Shown: positions 7,475 to 14,416 of the stretch, one piece after another | Position numbering within the stretch: the stretch's first letter is position 1 | Layout of the letters: each line of letters begins with the position of its first letter | Source: Fidelibacterota bacterium | GTDB taxonomy: Bacteria > Fidelibacterota > Marinisomatia > Marinisomatales > UBA2128 | Length of the DNA: 14,416 bases | NCBI GenBank assembly: GCA_046861645.1 | Contig: JBHHUM010000051.1 | Coordinates: 1-14,416 of the forward strand | Direction of reading: 5' to 3' | The notes under the pieces: generated by a model | Told to the model about the DNA's origin: nothing | Seen by the model: only the letters and a program-made list of their open reading frames with translations | Databases searched by the model: none | Made by a program: the position numbers and the translations under genes

Positions 7475-8861
7475 GACTATAAATTCTCTGAGAGCCGAAC
7501 ATTTTCACCGCTCTTTTCTAAGTTCGGATAAGGGGCACATTCTGATGATCTCAAATCATGGGATTCATCAGTGGAATATTGTGCCGGGACTGCCTGATAC
7601 AGGGGGGCAGAACGTTTATGTAAACCAGTTTTCGGATATGCTGGCCAAGTTAGGTTTCAGAATCACCATTGCTAATCGTGGAGGATACAAGCATCCTATT
7701 ACCGATGAGATGCACAGGGGATTACATTATAAAAATGATAAACAGAGAATCCTCTACGTCGAGGATGACAAAGACAAGTTCATGCGCAAGGAGGATATGA
7801 ATGAGCAAATCCCAAAGCTCGCTCAGTTCCTCTTTGATTTTATCGAAAATGAAGGGACTATAGTTGACCTGATTATATCGCATTATTGGGATGGGTTTAA
7901 ACTGGGCGTTTTCTTCTGCCGGAAGTATGCCCACCCCATCAGGCACATATGGGTTCCCCATTCACTCGGGGTTGTGAAGAAACAGAATATGGACCCGAGT
8001 ACTTGGGAAATGCTTCGGATTGATGAACGGATTGAAATAGAGAGATCACTCCTTGAGGAATTGGATGGAGTTGTAGCCACCTCCACGGTAATTCGTAAAT
8101 CATTGCAGCAGGATTACAGCTGTAAGGAGCCCCTTTTTCTTCCGCCATGTATTGACACTGAGCGCTTCTATCCCCGTCAGATTGAAGATAACCACAATAT
8201 ATGGAAATTTCTCTCTGATTGTACAGATTTACCAGCGGACACTCTCCATCGGTATAAAATAGTTACTGAGATCAGTCGTACAGATCACACCAAGAGAAAG
8301 GATGTGCTGATTAAGGCATTTACACAGGTTCAACAGCGTGTTAAGGACTGTGTTCTGATCATTTCCATTGATGAAACGGAAGAGCAGCTATCAGCGGAGT
8401 TGCACAAGCTGATTGATAAACTCGGGATACGATCCCATACAGTAGTTATTGGTCATGAGCATGAACGCTTACCAGACATTTACAGGATCACAGATGTTTA
8501 CTGTTCTCCATCGGTTATGGAAGGTTTCGGGATGTCGGTGCAGGAAGCTGCCGCAACGGGGGTGCCTGTGGTGAGTAGTCGTTTGATTCCCTTTGCCGTT
8601 GAGTATTTAGCTGAAGGATATGGGGGTGAGCCGTTCTACAAAGGAAAAGGAGCGATTGTCGTTCAGGCAGATGATGTGGACAGATTCTCCATGGCGCTGG
8701 AGGAGCTGCTGGAGAATAACACACTTCGGTCCGAGATGGGCAGACAGGCATATCACATTACCATTCCGGAATTCACCTGGGAGCAAAAAGTTAAGGAGCT
8801 TTTGAGCGCCATTGACAGCATTCCTACCAGTGAAAAGGAGGGTGTTGGCGATTATGCCTGA
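7455..8861 (+). CDS. GT4 glycosyltransferase, SPS/mannosylfructose-phosphate synthase (MfpsA)-like; specificity unknown
   Basis: LMISNHG...GLPDTGGQNVYV, SHYWDG, WVPHSLG, PPCIDTERFYP, ISRTDHTK and the EX7E motif MEGFGMSVQEAAATGVPVV. The DTGGQ.VYV signature marks the SPS/SuS/MfpsA clade. Confidence 0.85.
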   Translation: MSRKSDKTINSLRAEHFHRSFLSSDKGHILMISNHGIHQWNIVPGLPDTGGQNVYVNQFSDMLAKLGFRITIANRGGYKHPITDEMHRGLHYKNDKQRILYVEDDKDKFMRKEDMNEQIPKLAQFLFDFIENEGTIVDLIISHYWDGFKLGVFFCRKYAHPIRHIWVPHSLGVVKKQNMDPSTWEMLRIDERIEIERSLLEELDGVVATSTVIRKSLQQDYSCKEPLFLPPCIDTERFYPRQIEDNHNIWKFLSDCTDLPADTLHRYKIVTEISRTDHTKRKDVLIKAFTQVQQRVKDCVLIISIDETEEQLSAELHKLIDKLGIRSHTVVIGHEHERLPDIYRITDVYCSPSVMEGFGMSVQEAAATGVPVVSSRLIPFAVEYLAEGYGGEPFYKGKGAIVVQADDVDRFSMALEELLENNTLRSEMGRQAYHITIPEFTWEQKVKELLSAIDSIPTSEKEGVGDYA

Positions 8862-9948
8862 CTTTTTAGAACATGACAAGCTCAAAAAGATTCTTCAGTC
8901 TTCATCTGTAAGTAGGTTGCCTATGGAAAAGTTGATTGCTCTTTTTAGGGAAGAGGATGCTCTGAATGAAATGCTTCCGGACAGGAAATGGGTGCAGGAT
9001 CCGCGGGACAAATCAGTGACGCTTTTTAATCCTTCCCGATCTAAAAGACCCCACGAGCACAAAGACCGTGTAAAGACTGTTAAAAACAACTCATGTCCTA
9101 TATGTGAAGGACATACCACAGATGTTATTGATGTCGCTGAGTTGAGCGAAGGATTTACATTTATTAACAAGAATCTGTATCCCATCGTATATCCATTTGC
9201 GTCTGATAGTAACAGAGACGAACAAACTGCTTTTGGTTTCCATCTCCTGCAATGGACATCTTCCTATCACAATCGTGATTGGCACAACATGCCGCTTAGT
9301 GATCGTATTATAGTACTGCAGCGTTTGGCGGCCCTGGAAGAAATGTTTCTGTATGGGACAAAAACTGGAATTACTGGAAATGAGCAGTGGAACAACGACA
9401 AGGGTATTAGCAGGTTTGTATCCATTATCAAGAACTATGGTCGCTCAGCAGGGTGCTCTCTAATCCACGGTCACCAGCAGATTGCATTCAGCAATGTGAT
9501 GCCGGGGCGATTTCAGAATAACCTCAGTTTTTACCAGAGAAAGCAGCGCTCATTTTCTGCCTATATGTTTGAGCAAACCCCAGTAGACTTGGTCTTGAAA
9601 GATTATGGACAAGCCGTTTTGGCGGTTCCTTACTTCATGAAGCGACCTTACGATATGATTCTTATGATTAAGGAGACTAAAAAGCAATATCTGTGCGAGC
9701 TTAGTCATTCAGAAATTGAATCTGTTGCAGAAGGGCTCTGTGATACTATGAGACTGTACCGGAATATTCTACCTAAGATTGGACGAGATGTAGCGTTTAA
9801 TTGGGTTCTACACAACGGCCCAGGGGTTGGACTGTATTTTGAGTTTTTACCTAATACCCAAGAGATGGGAGGATTTGAAAAGTTGGGTTTATGGGTTTGT
9901 CAAAGCAACCCGGAGATGGCGGCAGCAGACCTGAGAGAAGTACTGTGA
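8854..9948 (+). CDS. GalT-like (HIT superfamily) hexose-1-phosphate nucleotidyltransferase / NDP-sugar phosphorylase
   Basis: RSKRPH, zinc-binding CPIC, NLYP and KNYGRSAGCSLIHGHQQI (catalytic HxHxQ). Start is probably ATG 8854 (GGAGGG RBS, ATGCCTGA overlap with the upstream stop) rather than TTG 8812. Confidence 0.85.
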   Translation: MPDFLEHDKLKKILQSSSVSRLPMEKLIALFREEDALNEMLPDRKWVQDPRDKSVTLFNPSRSKRPHEHKDRVKTVKNNSCPICEGHTTDVIDVAELSEGFTFINKNLYPIVYPFASDSNRDEQTAFGFHLLQWTSSYHNRDWHNMPLSDRIIVLQRLAALEEMFLYGTKTGITGNEQWNNDKGISRFVSIIKNYGRSAGCSLIHGHQQIAFSNVMPGRFQNNLSFYQRKQRSFSAYMFEQTPVDLVLKDYGQAVLAVPYFMKRPYDMILMIKETKKQYLCELSHSEIESVAEGLCDTMRLYRNILPKIGRDVAFNWVLHNGPGVGLYFEFLPNTQEMGGFEKLGLWVCQSNPEMAAADLREVL

Positions 9949-9967
9949 TTATTGAGGATTCTCACAA

Positions 9968-11839
9968 ATGATTGATCTAATAATAGTATTAGTCTTTATT
10001 GCCTACAGTGTTAGCGCTGGTTTCCGGGCCAAGTCTAAAGCCTCCAGAAACCTTGAGGAGTACTTCTTAGCTGGCCGGACGATTCCTGGCTGGAAAGCAG
10101 GTTTCAGCATGGCTGCCACTCAGTATGCGGCAGACACACCACTATTGGTCATGGGGTTGATTGCTACCGGCGGCGTCTTTATGCTTTGGCGGTTGTGGAT
10201 ATATGGTCTGGCATTTCTCATGATGGGATTTATCCTGGGCCGGGCCTGGCGCAGGTCTATGGTTCTAACAGATGCGGAGTTTACAGAAATCCGCTACAGC
10301 GGCCGCGGTGTTGTTGCCCTCCGTGGACTCAAAGCCGTTTATTATGGCACTGTGATTAACTGCACAGTAATGGCTATGGTTCTAGTGGCCGCCATTAGAA
10401 TTTCGGAGACATTTCTGGTTTGGCATGAGTGGCTTCCCGAAGGAATCTATAACACAATACTAATGTGGGTGCAGTCCATCGGCGCTCAACTCTTCTCTGG
10501 TGCGACAGGATTAGACCCATGGATTGCCACGGCTAATAATATAGTCAGTATAATTGTAATTCTGGCGTTTGTGGCTCTCTATTCCACTACAGGTGGTCTC
10601 CGCAGTGTAATTGCCACGGATATCGTACAGTTTTCCATCGCTATGATTGCTACACTGATTTATGCCATTATCGCAGTTTCCAAGGCAGGAGGATTCGGCG
10701 GCATGATTGATAGGTTGGTAGCGCTTTACGGTGAGGCGCGTGCTGGAGAGATTTTGTCCTTCAGCCCGAACAGTTGGGATGCTGTGCTTCCATTCCTGGT
10801 GCTGATCGGGCTGCAGTGGTTTTTTCAGATGAACAGCGATGGAACCGGCTACCTTGCCCAGCGGACTATGGCTTGCCGTACGGATCGTGGAGCCCGGCAG
10901 GCAGGATTTATCTTTACAGTGGCACAGATTCTTGTCCGGTCTCTCTTCTGGCTGCCTATCGGTGTAGCGCTGCTGGTGATCTATCCGTACGATCCAGGAT
11001 CTGTAGGCAGCGAAACATTTGTAGCCGGCCGCGAAATCCTGTTTGCTACCGGCATCAAAGACCTCCTACCACCCGGCATCCGGGGATTGATGCTGACAGG
11101 ATTACTGGCAGCGTTAGCTTCCACAATTGATACGCACCTGACATGGGGGGCAAGCTATTGGAGTAATGATATCTACAAGCGGATTGTGAACGAAGCGTGG
11201 CTTAAGAGGCAGCCGTCGTCACGAGAGTTGGTAATCGTGGCCCGTTTATCGAATCTGCTCATTCTTGGCATTGCACTGGTTATTATGGCTAATCTTGGTT
11301 CCATACAGGCAGCGTGGTATATTTCGCTTCTTTTCGGGGCAGGAATGGGTTCGGTTTTAGTACTGCGCTGGCTGTGGGAAAGGATAAACCTCTATTCGGA
11401 AGTAGCAGCCATCGCTACGTCTTTAATTGTGGCGCCGGTTATTCTCTTTACAATAGAAGACGAGTGGTTTCGATTGCTGCTTATGTCTGCGGCCTCCACA
11501 ATTTCCGTCGTAGTTGTAACACTGCTGACGCCTGAGACTGAGCACAGCATCCTGGACAGGTTTTTCCGGAGGGTGAAGCCCTTAGGCTTCTGGAGAGGCA
11601 CTGCAAAGCGCTGCGGCATCGGCGCAGAAATCCCCCTCAAACAGTTTAAACAAGGAGCGTACCTGGTACTGACTACAGCCCTAACAATATTTCTACTGTT
11701 AGTAGGCATTGGAAAGCTCATTATTCCGGCTCCATCTAGCTCTTCTTTGTTTGCGTTCGCGTTGATAGTGTTGGGGTTGGTCAGCATAAAATTGTGGTGG
11801 GGTAAAGTGATTGTTGCTAAAGAGGTAGAAAATGATTGA
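9968..11839 (+). CDS. Second sodium:solute symporter (SSS family, different subfamily from 3713-5308)
   Basis: EEYFLAGRTIPGW, SMAATQYAADTPL, YSTTGGLRSVIATDIVQF, GTGYLAQRTMAC and AALASTIDTHLTWGASYWSNDIY; GAGGA RBS; polytopic membrane protein. Confidence 0.93.
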   Translation: MIDLIIVLVFIAYSVSAGFRAKSKASRNLEEYFLAGRTIPGWKAGFSMAATQYAADTPLLVMGLIATGGVFMLWRLWIYGLAFLMMGFILGRAWRRSMVLTDAEFTEIRYSGRGVVALRGLKAVYYGTVINCTVMAMVLVAAIRISETFLVWHEWLPEGIYNTILMWVQSIGAQLFSGATGLDPWIATANNIVSIIVILAFVALYSTTGGLRSVIATDIVQFSIAMIATLIYAIIAVSKAGGFGGMIDRLVALYGEARAGEILSFSPNSWDAVLPFLVLIGLQWFFQMNSDGTGYLAQRTMACRTDRGARQAGFIFTVAQILVRSLFWLPIGVALLVIYPYDPGSVGSETFVAGREILFATGIKDLLPPGIRGLMLTGLLAALASTIDTHLTWGASYWSNDIYKRIVNEAWLKRQPSSRELVIVARLSNLLILGIALVIMANLGSIQAAWYISLLFGAGMGSVLVLRWLWERINLYSEVAAIATSLIVAPVILFTIEDEWFRLLLMSAASTISVVVVTLLTPETEHSILDRFFRRVKPLGFWRGTAKRCGIGAEIPLKQFKQGAYLVLTTALTIFLLLVGIGKLIIPAPSSSSLFAFALIVLGLVSIKLWWGKVIVAKEVEND

Positions 11840-11890
11840 CGGTAAATAGTACAAAAATAGGGCTTTAATAAAAGAGGAAAAAAGACAGAA

Positions 11891-13108
11891 ATGAGATTTC
11901 TTGATGATTACAGGGGAATTGTTAGTGATGAGGTGTTGGAGACCATCTGCTCCAAGGCGGCCACTTTGAGCGGTATCAGAATGGCACACGTAAACGCTAC
12001 TGCTTATGGGGGTGGTGTAGCGGAGATCCTTAGCAATCTTATCCTCCTGATGAATGATGTGGGGGTAAGGGCGGACTGGCGCGTGCTGCATGGAACACCG
12101 GAATTTTTCGAGGTAACTAAGAAATTTCATAACACACTGCAAGGGGACAATGAAATATCCTTTTCGCAGGAGGAACTTGACCTCTACAAATACACAAATG
12201 AGAAGTTTGCCAAGTTTGTCGATCTTGGTCATGATGTGGTAATTATACATGACCCTCAGCCCGCGGCCCTGGTACACTACATTGAGCACTCCCATCCTTG
12301 GGTCTGGCGCTGCCATATTGATATTACCAAGCCTAACCAGAAGGCGTGGGACTTTATGGCGCAGTATGTGGTAGAATATAATAAGATGATTGTCTCAGCT
12401 GAAGCTTACAAGCGCCCCGATCTGCAGCTTGAACAGCAGATTATGGCGCCGTCCATTGACCCACTGTCTAATAAAAATATGGATCTGTCGCAGAATACAA
12501 TTGATGACTACTTGACACGGGAGAATATTCCCACAGACAAGCCTATCATCACACAAGTCTCGCGCTTCGATCCGTGGAAGGATCCTGAGGGGGTACTTAG
12601 GGTATGGGAGGAAGTCAGGAAGGAAGTGGACTGCCGCCTGGTTTTCTGCTACAACATGGCTAGCGATGATCCGGAGGGAGTTCGCATATATGAGAAAATG
12701 GTCGCAGTGGTCAAGCAGCACATGGAAAATGGAGACGTCCTCTTTATACGCGGAGATGATCCTATTCTTGTGAATGTTCTCCAACGGTATTCCTCAGTGG
12801 TACTCCAGAAATCGATCCGGGAAGGATTCGCCCTGGTGGTAACAGAAGCGCTATGGAAGGGCACTCCTGTTGTGGCGTCGAATGTAGGGGGTATTCCGAC
12901 CCAGATCAAAGACGGAGAGACAGGGTTCTTAGTGGAGCCGCAGGACATTTCCGGATGTACAGCCAAGGTCATTCAGCTTCTTCAGGATAGAGATTTGGCT
13001 GGCGAGATCGGGTCAAAAGCCCGGGAGTATGTGAGGGAGAATTTTCTTATTACAAGGCACCTGCAAGATTATCTCAACTTATTGGTTGAACTGCTGGAAA
13101 GGAAATAA
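11891..13108 (+). CDS. treT: Trehalose glycosyltransferring synthase TreT-like GT4
   Basis: HVNATAYGGGVAEIL, FFEVTKKFHNTLQG, IIHDPQPAAL, WVWRCHID, PSIDPLSNKN, QVSRFDPWKDP and QKSIREGFALVVTEALWKGTPVVASNVGGIP are TreT family signatures. Confidence 0.88.
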   Translation: MRFLDDYRGIVSDEVLETICSKAATLSGIRMAHVNATAYGGGVAEILSNLILLMNDVGVRADWRVLHGTPEFFEVTKKFHNTLQGDNEISFSQEELDLYKYTNEKFAKFVDLGHDVVIIHDPQPAALVHYIEHSHPWVWRCHIDITKPNQKAWDFMAQYVVEYNKMIVSAEAYKRPDLQLEQQIMAPSIDPLSNKNMDLSQNTIDDYLTRENIPTDKPIITQVSRFDPWKDPEGVLRVWEEVRKEVDCRLVFCYNMASDDPEGVRIYEKMVAVVKQHMENGDVLFIRGDDPILVNVLQRYSSVVLQKSIREGFALVVTEALWKGTPVVASNVGGIPTQIKDGETGFLVEPQDISGCTAKVIQLLQDRDLAGEIGSKAREYVRENFLITRHLQDYLNLLVELLERK

Positions 13109-13110
13109 TT

Positions 13111-14070
13111 GTGAGCGGAGCTGAAAAGTACATTGGTGGTATTGATCTGGGCGGTACCAAGATAGCCGCCATTGTATCCACTGAAGAGGGAAAGATTCTT
13201 GCTAAAGACAAGGTTTCCACGCCCAATGGAAAGTTCAGTGTGATCGCAGCAACAATGGTACAGAGTCTTACCAGAGTATGTGATATAGCTTCCGTTTCCA
13301 TCGAGGATCTCCATGCTATTGGGGTGGGCGTGCCCGGTTCGGTAGATGAACAAGGTAATGTGGCTGTAATGCCTAACTTGGGGCTGAAGAACATTGCCGT
13401 TGCTTCGGTATTGAGCGAAGTATTTGACAAGCCCGTTGCCGTAGAGAATGATGTAAATCTGGCTACACTGGCTGAATATTTCCTTGGGGCAGGAGAAGGG
13501 CTGAATTCTCTGTACGGCATTGTGCCGGGGACAGGAGTTGGCGGCGGTTACGTCGCGAATGGGAAGATTGTGAGAGGGAAAAACGGAACGGCCGGCGAGA
13601 TTGGTCACATGGTGGTGAAGATGGATGGAACCCGGTGTGGTTGCGGGCAAAAAGGGTGTCTGGAAGCGTTTGTCAGCAAGATTGGATTCGCCCAGGAGTT
13701 GCGGGGAGCAGTCTTGAGAGGCGAAGATTCAGTTTTGATGAAACACAAGGATAATGATTTTAAAACGGTTAACAGCCCAGCCCTGAGAAGTGCGTGGGAT
13801 GCAGGTGATAAGCTGACCCGCCAACTTCTAGTCGAGCAGGCTCGCATACTTGGTATTGCTGTGGCGAATGTTGTAAATCTCACCGGAGTCGAAGGCTTCT
13901 TCATAGGCGGGGGAGTCTATGAGATTCTTGGAAATGTCCTTCTCCCCATTATCTGGGAGACTGCCGAGCGACACGCAATTGGCGGCGGGATGTCTGGTGT
14001 GCGGTTGGCCTTGTCGGGATTGGGAGGAGACGCCGTCGCAATGGGGGCTGCTCTATTAGCGAGAAAATAG
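13111..14070 (+). CDS. ROK family sugar kinase (glucokinase-like)
   Basis: GIDLGGTKI, IGVGVPG, VENDVN, GTGVGGG, AGEIGHM and the zinc motif CGCGQKGCLEAF. No N-terminal HTH, so a kinase rather than a repressor. GTG start 2 nt after the treT stop. Confidence 0.93.
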   Translation: MSGAEKYIGGIDLGGTKIAAIVSTEEGKILAKDKVSTPNGKFSVIAATMVQSLTRVCDIASVSIEDLHAIGVGVPGSVDEQGNVAVMPNLGLKNIAVASVLSEVFDKPVAVENDVNLATLAEYFLGAGEGLNSLYGIVPGTGVGGGYVANGKIVRGKNGTAGEIGHMVVKMDGTRCGCGQKGCLEAFVSKIGFAQELRGAVLRGEDSVLMKHKDNDFKTVNSPALRSAWDAGDKLTRQLLVEQARILGIAVANVVNLTGVEGFFIGGGVYEILGNVLLPIIWETAERHAIGGGMSGVRLALSGLGGDAVAMGAALLARK

Positions 14071-14104
14071 AACCTCGACAAATTATACTGTATATTTGAG
14101 CCCC

Positions 14105-14338
14105 ATGGATGCCAGTGGGTTCACTCAACAATTCCGACAGAAGGGGCTGCTGTACTTTATTGCTTCCGCCTCTCTTTTATCGGTTTCATGCTCCAGCTCC
14201 TCTGAAGACAATGATACTGCACTGTCAGATTTTATTCTCGAGGACACAAACCCTGCTTCTGCGACCTAGGGTTAACTGATTGGTCCCAGCTTCTATGAGG
14301 GTGAGGTGTCAGCTTACTATTTTGGAGATACCGGCTAG
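14105..14338 (+). pseudogene. Stop-interrupted small lipoprotein gene, possibly a remnant of a redoxin-like N-terminus
   Basis: The frame reads MDASGFTQQFRQKGLLYFIASASLLSVS-C-SSSSEDNDTALSDFILEDTNPASAT*G*LIGPSFYEGEVSAYYFGDTG*. It has a basic/hydrophobic signal with a lipobox-like Cys29, and stops at TAG 14267, TAA 14273 and TAG 14336. Confidence 0.55.
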
Positions 14339-14416
14339 CGAAGGACCGACGTACTACGAACTGGCAACATTGTGCGTAGGTGTTGGTCAAGGAGTATCTA
14401 CAATTGTGGAGTGGAT

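Noticed and set aside
11836..11869. Possible internal promoter before treT (TTGACG ... TTTAAT)
   Set aside because: The spacer is 22 bp, too long for sigma70.
2519..13904. Many short antisense or alternate-frame ORFs inside the main genes (e.g. 2519..2953, 6755..7141, 11699..12316, 13069..13650)
   Set aside because: All are nested in well-supported CDSs and show no family signatures; open antisense frames are expected from codon bias.
14091..14098. TATATTTG matching the Bacteroidota -7 promoter element TAnnTTTG just before ATG 14105
   Set aside because: No matching -33 element, and the other promoters in the window are canonical sigma70/sigma54; too weak to call.
13949..14131. 60-aa minus-strand ORF overlapping the ROK 3' end
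   Set aside because: Antisense overlap with the ROK gene and no protein-like features.
14267..14338. Stop-codon reassignment or pyrrolysine read-through explaining the in-frame TAG/TAA
   Set aside because: TAG, TAA and TGA all terminate intact genes in this window; decay is the simpler explanation.

Overview
Bacterial diderm DNA. Strong AGGAGG ribosome-binding sites, canonical sigma70 promoters and a TonB receptor with no SusD partner suggest an FCB-type non-Bacteroidota lineage (inference only). The window is dominated by one ~13 kb co-directional sugar locus (956-14070), divergent from an Lrp/AsnC regulator. Gene order: TonB-dependent receptor, Na+/sugar symporter 1, sucrose-phosphate-synthase-like GT4, uridine-kinase-fold P-loop kinase, SPS/MfpsA-like GT4, GalT/HIT nucleotidyltransferase, Na+/solute symporter 2, TreT-like GT4, ROK kinase. 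The locus has uptake genes, three 'biosynthetic' GT4 enzymes and two kinases, but no glycoside hydrolase and no phosphatase. My best hypothesis is a hydrolase-free system that imports compatible-solute disaccharides and dismantles or interconverts them using NDP-dependent glycosyltransferases run in reverse. Features outside the ORF track: the 5' end of a probable Hsp20 gene with a near-consensus sigma54 promoter (left edge), back-to-back sigma70 promoters with a helically phased CAACAT array, an intra-operon hairpin, and a stop-interrupted lipoprotein pseudogene (right edge). All family calls come from motif recognition by eye; no database searches were run.
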